A stretch of DNA of 64,000 bases from Candidatus Eiseniibacteriota bacterium (GCA_963702435.1 CAVPCR010000003.1:416001-480000); one strand, 5' to 3'. Shown: positions 22,686 to 32,850, counted from the stretch's first letter. Notes: generated by a model not told the origin, from the letters alone. Translations and numbers: made by a program.

Positions 22686-24107
22686 ATGATCTTCCGGAGC
22701 TACTACCTCGGCTGCCTGGCCCACGCCTCCTACCTCGTCGGCGACCGGACGACCGGCACCGCCGCGGTCATCGATCCGCAGCGCGATGTCGAGCAGTACC
22801 TCGCCGACGCGGCGGCCGAGGGCCTCACCATCCGGCATGTCCTCGAGACCCACTTCCACGCCGACTTCCTCTCGGGCCACCTCGAGCTCCGGGCGCGCAC
22901 CGGCGCCACCGTCTACTTCGGCGCCGCGGCCCGGGCCGAGTTCGAGTTCATGCCGCTCGCGGAAGGCGACACGATCGAGATGGGCCGGGTGCGACTCGCC
23001 GCGCTCGAGACCCCGGGACACACACCGGAGTCGATCTCGATCCTCGTCTTCGATCTCGATGGCGACTCGACCGCCCCCCACGGGGTCTTCACCGGCGACA
23101 CCCTGTTCATCGGCGACGTCGGGCGGCCCGACCTGATGGCGGCGAAGGGGCTAACGCCGGAGGAGCTCGCCTCGGCGCTCTACGATTCGCTGCACGGGAA
23201 GCTCCTCCGGCTGCCGGATGCAACGCGCGTCCATCCCGCCCACGGCGCCGGTTCCCTGTGCGGGCGCGCGCTCAAGGACGAGCGCGTCTCCACGATCGGG
23301 CGTGAGCGCGAGTGGAACTATGCATGCGCTCCGATGCCGCGCGCCGACTTCGTCCGTCTGATGACCGCCGATCTGCCGGACGTCCCGGCCTACTTCCCGT
23401 TCGACGCCCAGCGCAACCGGGAGGAGCGTCCGCTCCTCGACCAGGTGCTCGCCCGGCTCCGCCCGCTCGATCTGGAGCAGGCCCTCGCCCTCGCCGCAAG
23501 CGGCGCCACGCTCCTCGACGTACGCGAACCGATCGAGTTCGCGGCCGCCCACCTCGCGGGCTCGCTCAACATCGGCCTCTCCGGGAAGTACGCGACGTGG
23601 GCCGGATCGCTGCTCGACCGCGCGCGACCGATCGTCCTCATCGCCGCTCCGGGAGGCGAGGGCGAGGCGGCGATGCGTCTCGGCCGCATCGGCTTCGATG
23701 AGATCGCCGGTTACCTCGGGGGGGGGCTCGACGCGGCACGGGATCACGACGCGCTCATCCGGCGCGCCGATCGCCTGACCGCCCAGGAGCTCGCGGCGCG
23801 GGTCCCGCATCCCCTCGTCCTCGACGTCAGGGAGCGCGGAGAACGCGAGACGAAGCAGATGTCCGGAACGACGTGGGTCCCCCTCGGCCAGATCACCCGG
23901 CACCTCGAGTCCCTGCCCCGCGACCGCGAGATCGTCGTCCAGTGCGCGAGCGGCTACCGCTCGAGCATCGCGGCCAGCGTCCTTCGCCGGGCCGGATTCG
24001 AGCACGTCGCCGATCTGCTGGGTGGGATCGAGGCCTGGGCCGCCGCCGGGCTGCCGATCACGAGCCCGGGGACTCTGTCGGCGGGGGCGCCGAGCGCCCA
24101 GGCTTAA
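22686..24107 (+). CDS. MBL-fold hydrolase (persulfide dioxygenase-like) fused to two rhodanese domains
   Basis: LGCLAHASY, ETHFHADF, TPGHTPES, GDVGRPDL; C-terminal CASGYRS. Confidence 0.92.
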   Translation: MIFRSYYLGCLAHASYLVGDRTTGTAAVIDPQRDVEQYLADAAAEGLTIRHVLETHFHADFLSGHLELRARTGATVYFGAAARAEFEFMPLAEGDTIEMGRVRLAALETPGHTPESISILVFDLDGDSTAPHGVFTGDTLFIGDVGRPDLMAAKGLTPEELASALYDSLHGKLLRLPDATRVHPAHGAGSLCGRALKDERVSTIGREREWNYACAPMPRADFVRLMTADLPDVPAYFPFDAQRNREERPLLDQVLARLRPLDLEQALALAASGATLLDVREPIEFAAAHLAGSLNIGLSGKYATWAGSLLDRARPIVLIAAPGGEGEAAMRLGRIGFDEIAGYLGGGLDAARDHDALIRRADRLTAQELAARVPHPLVLDVRERGERETKQMSGTTWVPLGQITRHLESLPRDREIVVQCASGYRSSIAASVLRRAGFEHVADLLGGIEAWAAAGLPITSPGTLSAGAPSAQA

Positions 24108-24180
24108 GTCGCCGCCGAGCGCTGCGCAGAAGCCCGCCGCCGGCGGGCGGTTTCATGCGCGGGTTAGACCCTCCGTATCA

Positions 24181-24921
24181 TCAGTGCGGGTCAGATCCAT
24201 TGACGATCACAGGTAGGCGCCCCGCCCACCTCGCCCAGATCTCAGCATCAGTCACCAGGTCGCACATGAAGCTAGCAACGTTCGCCATGTTGGTCCTGGC
24301 TGGCTTGAAGAGGCTGCTGACGAGGTTCTCATGAAGGGAGTAGGCTGAAGCGCCACCCTCCACGAGGGTGTCCGGGCGAACCACGACCCACTGCATCAGG
24401 GGATCGCTCGCAGCGATCTCGCCATGGAGGAAGTCCGCGGCGCGCTGGTTGTCCCTCGCAGGCGGAACCAAGCCGCGGAGAACCCGCAGAACCACCTTCT
24501 CCAGCGTCCCGCGCCGCGCCTCGGGGACGCCTGGATGATTGACTGAGACGCTGCTCATGAGGATGTACTTCACTGGCACATGCGGTTGCGAATCTCGAAT
24601 CGCCTGACAGAGTCGCGCCGTGGCCCGTGTCACGAGATCATACGGTGGACCAAACACTCCTCTGACGCTGATGACGTGACCGAGGCACGAGATGACAGCA
24701 TCGCAGCCGCTAACGCGCGCAACAAGGTCTTCGCCGCCAAGTGCCATGAGATCGGCCTCAACGACGATCAGTCGCGGATGATCCGCAATGGCCCCCGGGA
24801 GTCTACTGGCTGACCGCACAATGGCCTGCACGCTGACTCCACGTTCCAGGAGCCCCTCAACGACGCGCCGCCCGGTGCGCCCTGTGCCCCCGACGAGAAG
24901 AACCGTTTGTGCCGCCCGCAC
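24181..24921 (-). CDS. NAD(P)H-binding atypical SDR
   Basis: VLLVGGTGRTG, DAVISCLG, WVVVRP. Confidence 0.85.
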   Translation of the reverse strand: MRAAQTVLLVGGTGRTGRRVVEGLLERGVSVQAIVRSASRLPGAIADHPRLIVVEADLMALGGEDLVARVSGCDAVISCLGHVISVRGVFGPPYDLVTRATARLCQAIRDSQPHVPVKYILMSSVSVNHPGVPEARRGTLEKVVLRVLRGLVPPARDNQRAADFLHGEIAASDPLMQWVVVRPDTLVEGGASAYSLHENLVSSLFKPARTNMANVASFMCDLVTDAEIWARWAGRLPVIVNGSDPH

Positions 24922-24948
24922 TTGCGCCCCTGCCTCTCCCTGATGGGT

Positions 24949-26520
24949 CTAGCACCCGGTTCTGTCGCCGCCGCCGAGCGCCGACTCGACCGCGCGGGCG
25001 AAGGCGAGCGCCGGTGCGGCCGCGCGCCCCGGGATGCGCGCCCCGAGTCCGAGCGCGACGGCGAACGGCACGGCGGCCGCGCCGGCGGGCGCGTCCACCG
25101 CGTCCAGAGTGCTGCTGTAGCGCTCGATCGCCGCGCGCCGCCGGCCCCCGGTCACGGTCGTGCGTGGGAGGAGGGCCCCGATCGCGACCACCGAGAGCGC
25201 GAGGAGCGCGCTCGCCCCACCCACCGCAACCCAATCGCCCGCGGTCGCCATCCCGAGGAGTCCGTGCGCCGCGCGGCGCCCGGCGACGCCGGCGATCAAG
25301 CCGAGGACGAGCGCGATCAGGGCACCGAGCAGGAGCGGCGAGCGGCGCGAGGCGATGCGCGGATCGAGGTCGCCGTGCCCGACGAGCGACGCTTCGACCT
25401 CCCGCACCAGCACGGGCCACGCGGGAAGGGCGCGGCCGGCGAAGGCCGCGAGGGTCGCCGTCCGCGCCCCGTCCGGAAAGAGGAGGGCGTGGAGTCGATG
25501 GTCGAAGGACGGGAGCTCCGCCGATGGCGATGCTGCCGCCTCGAAAGCGACCTCGGCGCCGGGCCCACCTTCCGGAGCGCGAGTGATCGAGAGCACGCCG
25601 CGTCGCTCCAGATCGAGGAGCGCCGCCGCGACGTGGGCGGGCTCGAGGCGGCCCCGCGAGAGGAACCCGGCCGCGGCCGGGGTGAGCGCCGGAGTGGCGA
25701 GAGGCGTGGTGCCGGGGCACCCGGCGGCGCGGCGCCGGCGCGCGCGGAGCGCGAGGAGGAGCGCTGCCACCACCGGAACGAGCAGGAGCGCCGGGTTCCG
25801 CAACGCCCAGGCCGTGGCCCGGTCGATCCGGCCGGGATGGCGAACGAGCCCGTGCGGCCAGACCACCGAGACGGACAGACCCTCGAAGGTCAGGAGCCCG
25901 CGATTCAGCAGGAACTGCGCGTGGTCGGTATCGATCACCTTGACGTCGGCCTCCCGGAGCACCCGCCCGAAGCGCGTCACGCGCGATGCCCCCTCGATCT
26001 GGTCGGCGCCCGCGCCCGGCGGCCACGCAATGCGGGCCGCGCCCGCGATCACGAGCACGTCCCAGGCGTTCCCGGTGACGTCCCAGTGCAGCTCGTCGCG
26101 GTAGGGGCCCCTCCACACCGCGCCCGAGGCCTCGTAGGTGAGGCGGTAGACCTGCTCGCCGGTCGTGAACTGCTCCGTGCTCCCCATCCACACATCGAGC
26201 GAGCGGCTCGGGCGCTCGACACGCACGGGCCAGGGCCGCCCGGCGGCATCGGTGACCGCGATCAGGTCGAGATCGAGCGAGCGGCGCGCTCCGCTCGGGT
26301 CGGTGACGAAGCGCGGCAGGGAGCGGCAGATCGCATGCCGGCGCTCCGGTCCGAAATCGACCTCGAGCGTCTCGACCACGCGTACGCGCGCGTCGGGTCT
26401 CACCTGGAGATCCACGTCGAAGCGCCTGATCTCCCAGGCGGCGGCCCGCTCGATCGACACGCCGAGAACCGTCCAGGGAATCACCAGAGCAACGAGGAGA
26501 AGCCGGCAGATGCGTCGCAT
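24949..26520 (-). CDS. DUF2207-like membrane protein
   Basis: Signal peptide, VVETLEVDF, DELHWDVTGNAW, EGLSVSVVWP, C-terminal TM helices. Confidence 0.75.
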   Translation of the reverse strand: MRRICRLLLVALVIPWTVLGVSIERAAAWEIRRFDVDLQVRPDARVRVVETLEVDFGPERRHAICRSLPRFVTDPSGARRSLDLDLIAVTDAAGRPWPVRVERPSRSLDVWMGSTEQFTTGEQVYRLTYEASGAVWRGPYRDELHWDVTGNAWDVLVIAGAARIAWPPGAGADQIEGASRVTRFGRVLREADVKVIDTDHAQFLLNRGLLTFEGLSVSVVWPHGLVRHPGRIDRATAWALRNPALLLVPVVAALLLALRARRRRAAGCPGTTPLATPALTPAAAGFLSRGRLEPAHVAAALLDLERRGVLSITRAPEGGPGAEVAFEAAASPSAELPSFDHRLHALLFPDGARTATLAAFAGRALPAWPVLVREVEASLVGHGDLDPRIASRRSPLLLGALIALVLGLIAGVAGRRAAHGLLGMATAGDWVAVGGASALLALSVVAIGALLPRTTVTGGRRRAAIERYSSTLDAVDAPAGAAAVPFAVALGLGARIPGRAAAPALAFARAVESALGGGDRTGC

Positions 26521-26573
26521 GGTGCGGCAGTATAGAACGACCCGCGGCCCCGCGCGCGACGCCGGGGGCCCGG

Positions 26574-27008
26574 CTACTTGAGCCGGCGCAGGGCGGCCAT
26601 CTCCCGCTGCTCGTGATCCTTCAAGTCGGCAGCGAATGCCGCGAGGCGCGTCGCGAGCTCCTCCCGCACGGCCTCCTCGGCGCCGAGGACCCGCGCCAGG
26701 AGGTCGGCCATCACCTCGCGGAAGCCGTCATGCTCGTTCCGGAGCGTGTCGAAGTCGGCGGCGAGCGCGGGATAGTCCCCGGCCAGGAGCCGGAAGTGGC
26801 GTTCCTCGCGCTGAAAATGCCGCTCGAGTCGGGGGCTCAGATGATGGAGCTCCCCGCGGAGTCGAGCGGCCCATGCGCGCGCCTCGCCGGCGGGGCTGGC
26901 GCCCTTCCCGGCCGGATCGAGGAGGCTCACGAGAGCCGCCAGATCCTGCGCGAGATCGCGATGTTCCTGGTCGATGGCGCGGAGGACGTGCGCTGCGAGC
27001 GTCGTCAT
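26574..27008 (-). CDS. hemerythrin-like domain protein
   Basis: EH, HFQREE, EH, HEQRE motif spacing. Confidence 0.75.
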   Translation of the reverse strand: MTTLAAHVLRAIDQEHRDLAQDLAALVSLLDPAGKGASPAGEARAWAARLRGELHHLSPRLERHFQREERHFRLLAGDYPALAADFDTLRNEHDGFREVMADLLARVLGAEEAVREELATRLAAFAADLKDHEQREMAALRRLK

Positions 27009-27076
27009 GACGTGATCGGACTCCTGGCGATCGGTACCTGCCGGCCGGCGCGCGCGGGAACTGAAGCGGGGGCCGT

Positions 27077-27092
27077 TGCAACGTCCATGCCC
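27077..27092 (-). promoter_or_regulatory. putative sigma54 promoter of hemerythrin gene
   Basis: GGGCATGGACGTTGCA, with an AT-richer tract upstream. Confidence 0.55.
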
Positions 27093-27412
27093 TGCCCATT
27101 CAGGAATCAGATCATCAAGGGAAATGCGTACTTAGCCTCTAGGAAGCGCGCCGCCCCGCGGCCCCGGAGACCCGTTCGCGCTGCTGCTTCCGAGACACCG
27201 GGTCCGGCATCGCAGCACACCCTGACATTGTGTCGGCTCGCAGACCAGCCATCGCGAGGGGGATGGCGGTACCGACCCGGCGCCGAGGAGCTTGGGAGGT
27301 GGAGACTGGGAGGGAGGCGTCTCTTGGTCTAAGATGACTCCCCGCGCCCGCGCCGGGACGTGACGCGCCCCCGGACGGCACGGTCGGCACGCCCCGCGAG
27401 GAGGAGAAGTTC

Positions 27413-28150
27413 ATGCGACATGCCCCCAGGACCAGCCCGGATGCCGGAGCGACCCGCAGGCTCCACTTCGCCCGGTGGTGCCTCGCCATGGCCTGCGTCA
27501 CGACCTTCGCGCCCGGAGCTGAGGCCACGGGTGACGCGGCCGCTCCACCCGGCCCCGGCGGTGCGGCCAGCCCGACCGGGGCCGCTCCAGCGAGCCGCGA
27601 TTCGCTCGCCGCTCCAGCGAACCGCGATTCGCTCGCCGCCCCGGCCCGCATCGCCGCTCGCGTCGTCGCCGACACGCTCCATCTCACGGTCGAGGTGCCG
27701 GCCCGTGCGATGGCGGCGGCCGGGGCGCTCCTCGATCGCAACGCCGACGGCACGATCGATCCGACCGAGCTCGCGGCGAGCCGCGATACGCTGGCGAGCT
27801 ACCTCGGGCATCACCTCTTCATCCTCCAGGACGACGGCATGCTGGAGCCGAAACTCGTCGGCCCCCTGGCGAGCGTACCCGGTACGAACGGCGGGGCGCC
27901 GAGCGTGCGCGGCGCCATGCGCGCTCCGCTCCTCAACACGTACGAGCGCATCGGCTTCGCCTCCGGCATCCTCACCGACCGCATCCACGGCTACCGCTCC
28001 CTCGTCGCCATCGAGTGGAGCGGCGCGCGCGCGGAGTTCGATGTGGCGCAGAGCGTCCAGTGGGTGGAGCCGCCGGCCGCCGGGGCGACCGAGCTCGAGC
28101 TCCCCGGCCGCATGCCGGCCCCGGGCCATGGAGAGGATGGCCGCCACTGA
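27413..28150 (+). CDS. secreted hypothetical protein with EF-hand-like loop
   Basis: GAGGAG RBS; signal peptide; DRNADGTIDPTE; 27-nt tandem duplication at 27581-27634. Confidence 0.65.
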   Translation: MRHAPRTSPDAGATRRLHFARWCLAMACVTTFAPGAEATGDAAAPPGPGGAASPTGAAPASRDSLAAPANRDSLAAPARIAARVVADTLHLTVEVPARAMAAAGALLDRNADGTIDPTELAASRDTLASYLGHHLFILQDDGMLEPKLVGPLASVPGTNGGAPSVRGAMRAPLLNTYERIGFASGILTDRIHGYRSLVAIEWSGARAEFDVAQSVQWVEPPAAGATELELPGRMPAPGHGEDGRH

Positions 28151-28326
28151 GCGGGAGGTCGCCTGCCCGATGGGACTCGATCGCCTGCGCCACTGAGCGG
28201 GCGGCCGCTCGACGGAGTGACGCCCGCGCCGAAGGAGTCCGGACCCGGCCCGGCGGCTGAATCCATCGGCCGCGCGCTTGGCTCACACCTGGTGAGAGAC
28301 TGGAGATCGAACCCGGGGGAGGAACG

Positions 28327-28488
28327 ATGGACACCGCACTCGCGCTGATTGCCTTCGCCGTGGTCTGGATCGTGCTGCAAGTCTGGGTGCTGCCGCGACT
28401 CGGCGTACCGACCTGAGGCGTTCCGACCCCGCGCCGGTCGGCGCGCCGCGAAGCAGACGAGAGGGACGGCGACTCGCCGCCGAAGTGA
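28327..28488 (+). CDS. small membrane protein, 29 aa to TGA at 28414-28416, or 53 aa if that TGA is recoded (candidate selenoprotein)
   Basis: GGAGG RBS; MDTALALIAFAVVWIVLQVWVLPRLGVPT*GVPTPRR; hairpin right after the TGA; absent from the ORF track. Confidence 0.6.
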
Positions 28489-28504
28489 ATACCGGGAGCC
28501 CGCA

Positions 28505-28894
28505 ATGAAGTTCGGAATGCGCAAGGAGCTCGCCCTGAGCTTCGACGATGCCCTGGCCATGATTCCGGAGGCCTTGAAGACCGAGGGATTCGGGGTACTC
28601 ACCGAGATCGATGTCCAGGACACCCTCCGGAAGAAGCTCGGCGTCGAGTTTCGCCGCTACCGCATACTCGGAGCGTGCAACCCGCCGCTGGCGCACCAGG
28701 CGCTGTCCACCCAGCTCGAGATCGGGCTCCTGCTGCCCTGCAACGTGATCGTCTACGAGGAACCGGGAGGTCGCTCGGTGGTCGCCGCCGTCGATCCGCT
28801 GGCGACCATCGCGGCCACCGGCGGCGAGGACCTGCGCGAGTTGGCGGCCTCGGTCCGAGCCAAGCTCGAACGCGTGCTCGCCCGGATCGGGTAG
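28505..28894 (+). CDS. DUF302 domain protein
   Basis: EGFGVLTEID, YRILGACNP, IGLLLPCNV. Confidence 0.92.
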   Translation: MKFGMRKELALSFDDALAMIPEALKTEGFGVLTEIDVQDTLRKKLGVEFRRYRILGACNPPLAHQALSTQLEIGLLLPCNVIVYEEPGGRSVVAAVDPLATIAATGGEDLRELAASVRAKLERVLARIG

Positions 28895-28900
28895 CCCCCG

Positions 28901-29803
28901 CTACCCGGGGCGTCGATCCACGACCCACACGCCGAGGAGGATCAGCGCGCCGCCGGCCAGGGACACGGGAGAGATCGCCTCGCCGAGCACGAACCAGGCG
29001 ACGACGATCGTGACGAGCGGCTCGAGGTAGAGGAGCGCTCCGACCTGGGAGGCCGGCATCACGCGGAGAGCGTCGTACCAGAACGCGTAGGCCACGCCCG
29101 AGCAGAAGACCCCGAGGAAGAGCAGACCGATCCAGCCGCGGGGGGTGAGCCCGGCGACCTCGCCGAGCGCCGACCATCCGCCGAGGAGCGGGGTCGACAA
29201 GAGCCAGCCCAGACCCATCACGTAGAACATCATCCGCGCAGCCGGATGCCGCTTGAGCCCGCGCCGCGAGAGCACCGAGAACAGGGCCCAGTTCGGCGCC
29301 GAGAGGAGGATCAGGCGATCCCCGGGCGTACCGAACCCGCCGCTCCACAGCGCATCGAAGCGCCCCTTCCCAACCACGAGGAGCACGCCCAGCGCGGCGA
29401 GCCCGATGCCGGCGGCGCGCACCCCCCCGATCCGCTCGCCCAGGATCAGGAAGCCCAGGATCGCGATGAAGACCGGCGATGTGGACACGATCCAGGCGGT
29501 GGTCGAGGCCTCTGCCGTCCGCAGTCCGTTCGACTGGAGCCACTGGTGGAGGGTCACGCCCAGGAATCCGAGGAGCGCGAAGTAGGCCATCTCGCGCAAT
29601 TCGACGCGGGCCAGTTCGCCGCGGGCGGCGACGATCGCGCCGAGGATGACGAACCCGATCGCGAAGCGGACCCACACGAGAACGACCGGCGAGAGGTCGG
29701 CGAGCACGACCTTGGTGGCGATGAACGACGCCCCCCACACGACCACGGCGAAGATCGCCTTCAGAATCGGGATGAAGCGGGGGTGCTCGGCGACAATCGC
29801 CAA
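28901..29803 (-). CDS. EamA/DMT family transporter
   Basis: WGASF, about 10 TM helices, LGE motif in both halves. Confidence 0.92.
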   Translation of the reverse strand: MAIVAEHPRFIPILKAIFAVVVWGASFIATKVVLADLSPVVLVWVRFAIGFVILGAIVAARGELARVELREMAYFALLGFLGVTLHQWLQSNGLRTAEASTTAWIVSTSPVFIAILGFLILGERIGGVRAAGIGLAALGVLLVVGKGRFDALWSGGFGTPGDRLILLSAPNWALFSVLSRRGLKRHPAARMMFYVMGLGWLLSTPLLGGWSALGEVAGLTPRGWIGLLFLGVFCSGVAYAFWYDALRVMPASQVGALLYLEPLVTIVVAWFVLGEAISPVSLAGGALILLGVWVVDRRPG

Positions 29804-29920
29804 AGAACTTACGCGCCTGGACGTCGTGATCGATACCCCTGCGCCCAGGGCTGCGGAGCCCGGAACGGGACGATCCGGACGGCGGTGGAATCGAGGCCGA
29901 GACTCGAAGCAAGGGAACGG

Positions 29921-29997
<77 letters not shown>

Positions 29998-30017
29998 GCC
30001 CAACTCGTGGATCGAAA

Positions 30018-30046
30018 AGACTAGCCGACGGCCCCGCCGGTGTCAA
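30018..30046 (-). promoter_or_regulatory. sigma70 promoter of tRNA-Asp
   Basis: TTGACA-17nt-TAGTCT. Confidence 0.7.
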
Positions 30047-30169
30047 TTCGATTCGGCGCGGGCCCCGCGGGTGCCGCGCTCTGCGGGCCAAGGCGCCGGA
30101 AAACGGCCGGCGCGCCCCGCGGCCCCGCGCCGGCGCTCGTCCCCGTCCCCTCTCCCGGCCGCCCCGTTC

Positions 30170-30862
30170 TCACCGGCGTTCGTCCGCAAGCCGCTCGACG
30201 TGGGCGCGGGCGATCTCTCCGATGAACGGAAGGAGATAGCGCTCGTGCCGGAAGGCCTTGCGCATGGCAAGCAGCCATACGAGGAAGAAGCCGATCGCCG
30301 CCATCGAGAAGAGCACCTTGCCGACGAGCGGCACGGCGAGCGCCGAACCGCCCATGATGGCGAGCGCAGCGGTGAGGAGAATCGACTGGAGGGCGTGGAA
30401 TCGCACGAAGCGCTCCCTGCGATCGCTCAAGAGGTAGAAGAGGATGCCGGTCATGGCCCATCCGGCGTAGGCGAGGGTGCCTGCCTGATGCGGCGCGAGC
30501 CGGGACGGGGACCCGGGCGTCTCGCCACGGCGTGCCGCGCGTCGCGGGGCTCCCGGTGCCGGCAGTTCCGCCGCATCCGCCGCCAGCTCGCGCACGCGAT
30601 CGTGGGCGGCGCGCGCAATCGATGTCAGCTCCTCGAACGCGTCGGCGGCGCCGGCCCGCACCTGAGAGGAGAGAGCGCGCGCTGCGATCCCGGCCTTCTC
30701 CGCGGCGACGAGGAAGGCCCGCCGTGCTTCCTCGATCGCACGCGCCGCCTCCGCATCGAGCGGAGAGGACACGCCAGACGGCGCCGGGTGCGGCGTCTCC
30801 GATCCGGCCCCCGGGGGCGGAGGCTCCTGGCGGCCGTTGCCGGTAGGCTCATCGTCGTTCAT
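30170..30862 (-). CDS. DUF4870-like membrane protein (3' exon of the intron-containing gene)
   Basis: GTLAY.GW..GILF, FVRFHALQS, Y.LPFIG; ATG coincides with the intron 3' end. Confidence 0.8.
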   Translation of the reverse strand: MNDDEPTGNGRQEPPPPGAGSETPHPAPSGVSSPLDAEAARAIEEARRAFLVAAEKAGIAARALSSQVRAGAADAFEELTSIARAAHDRVRELAADAAELPAPGAPRRAARRGETPGSPSRLAPHQAGTLAYAGWAMTGILFYLLSDRRERFVRFHALQSILLTAALAIMGGSALAVPLVGKVLFSMAAIGFFLVWLLAMRKAFRHERYLLPFIGEIARAHVERLADERR

Positions 30863-32850
30863 TGGTAGATCCTACCTGACACCGCCACGAGCGCGGTGGA
30901 TGGCAAGACCCCCTGTCAAACCGTGCATGCGGTTTTCCCGCACACGGCTTACGGATGAGGTCTCGGGTCGGGGCATTACGCGACTACCGGGTACTGAACG
31001 GTCCCGCGCAGGCGGTAGAGCCCATGCTGATGGAAGAAGTCACGCGTCCAACGGTCGAACTCGCCCGCGCGTAGATGACGACCTTTCCGCTGCACAAGGA
31101 AGTGGCGGAGGCGCGTCCACACGTACGTATCGACCTGGTTGAACTTGCGTGCGGCATTCCCGGTCCGGAAGTAGTTGGCCCAGCCACGTAGCACTGGGTT
31201 CAGATCGCGGATCAAGACCCGCACATCCTTCACCCCGTGGCGCGCGCGACCGGTCAACACCTTCACCCGCTGCCGCAGCCGCTTCATGCTGCGCTGAGAT
31301 GGCCAACGCTGGAGAAAGTAGAGACGCTTGCGCTCCTTCTCCCAGATCGGCCCGCTCAACCGTTTCCGCAGGTGGCAGCCTAGGAAGTCGAAGCCCTGCT
31401 TGCCCCAGCTCAGCTCCACTCGCCTCGTCTTCTCCGGGTGTAGCTCCAAGCCGAGTCGCGTCAGGATCTCCCGCACGCGCCGCTCCGCTTCTGTGCACGC
31501 CGACCTCGTGCGACACATCACCACAAAGTCGTCCGCATAGCGCACCAACATGCCCAGATGGCCATACTGGCGCTCCCACGCCGTGTCCAGAACGTTGAGG
31601 TAGATGTTCGACAGCAGGGGCGAGATGACCCCACCCTGGGGTGTCCCCGAGAGAGTCCCCTGCACCTTGCCGTCTTCCATCACCCCGGCCCGCAGCCACT
31701 GCCGCAACAGCTTGAGCACCCGCCGGTCCGTGACTCGGCGCGCGACAAGCTTCAGCAGCTTGTCGTGGTCGATCTGCCCGAAGTAATTGCGGATATCCGC
31801 GTCGAGCACGTGGTTGCCACCCTGGGCCCCAAGCTTGCGCAGGGTCTCCAGTGCGTCCGTGGCGCTCCGCCGCGGCCGGAACCCATACGAGCACGGACGG
31901 AAGTCCGCCTCGAAGATCGGTTCCAGCACCAGCTTCGCCGCCGCCTGTACCACGCGATCGCGGACCGTCGGGATCCCCAGCGGTCGCTGCTTCCCATCAG
32001 CCTTCGGGATATACCGGCGCAGCACCGCTACTGGCCGGTATCGTCCTGCGCGCAGGACGGCACCGAGCTCTTCCAGGAAGTGCTCGACTCCGTACTGCTC
32101 GATCGCGGTCAGGGTCTGGGCATCGATCCCCGCCGCGCCGCGGTTCTGCTTCACCCGTTTCCACGCTTCCCGGAGGACGTCACTCCTCCAGATGCGGTCG
32201 TACAACGCGTGGAAACGGCGTCCCGGCTGCCGCTTGGCCGCCGCCCACAGCCGACGCTGGAGTTGTCGTACTTTGTCGATGGGCTTACGCCCATCGGGGT
32301 GTTTGGGTCCGGTCTTGCCGGCCATGCCCTCGCGCTTACCTCCAACTTCGGCTTCCCCAAACCAGGGGCCCTTCCCTCCGGTCGCGTTGTTCTGCACGAC
32401 CTTCCTCGGTACTACGGCCCCCTCGGACTCCCGCTGCGCGGCGCTCGACTTCACCTTCGGCTTATACGAGCCGCTTTGCCCCGACCTGGGCTGCGCAGAC
32501 GGGCCTCTCCTGTTCCACACCAAGCCTTGAGTACGTGCTGTGCCCCATGCCCCGGCGGGACCCATGGCGTCTTCTCTCCCGGACTTCAACCCCATGGACG
32601 TGGCCTTCGCCGCGACATGCTCGGCTCGGCTCCCGCATTGTTCATCTGTCGAGGCGGCAGGCTTCACTTCATGTTGCGGACCGCACTCTTGCTCCCTCCG
32701 TAGAGGCTTTCGACGCCCCGCTCGGGCCGCGGGGATCTCTCCCTGCGCCGGGGGCCTGCTACCAGCTGCTCCGGTGCCTGGCTGGGCGGGACTTGCACCC
32801 GCTGGTTCGGTGTAGCTCGGACGGCTTACTGCCCATCCTTCAGGACGCAC
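30860..32850 (-). mobile_element. group II intron (AGC triad, not IIC; probably bacterial class E/F-like)
   Basis: 5' GTGCG at 32850; domain V AAGCCGTGTGCGGGAAAACCGCATGCACGGTTT (30918-30950); domain VI with bulged A at 30866; internal RT. Confidence 0.93.
30976..32325 (-). CDS. ltrA: group II intron reverse transcriptase/maturase, no endonuclease domain (frame open upstream through the host ATG at 32853)
   Basis: RPLGIPT.RDR..Q, SYGFRP, GTPQGG, YADD, FDFLG; domain X LNPVLRGWANYF. Confidence 0.95.
   Translation of the reverse strand: MAGKTGPKHPDGRKPIDKVRQLQRRLWAAAKRQPGRRFHALYDRIWRSDVLREAWKRVKQNRGAAGIDAQTLTAIEQYGVEHFLEELGAVLRAGRYRPVAVLRRYIPKADGKQRPLGIPTVRDRVVQAAAKLVLEPIFEADFRPCSYGFRPRRSATDALETLRKLGAQGGNHVLDADIRNYFGQIDHDKLLKLVARRVTDRRVLKLLRQWLRAGVMEDGKVQGTLSGTPQGGVISPLLSNIYLNVLDTAWERQYGHLGMLVRYADDFVVMCRTRSACTEAERRVREILTRLGLELHPEKTRRVELSWGKQGFDFLGCHLRKRLSGPIWEKERKRLYFLQRWPSQRSMKRLRQRVKVLTGRARHGVKDVRVLIRDLNPVLRGWANYFRTGNAARKFNQVDTYVWTRLRHFLVQRKGRHLRAGEFDRWTRDFFHQHGLYRLRGTVQYPVVA

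Noticed and set aside
20700..24107. 1135-aa ORF as a giant fusion
   Set aside because: Only the part from ATG 22686 is protein-like; the upstream part overlaps three real genes in other frames (GC-rich open frame)
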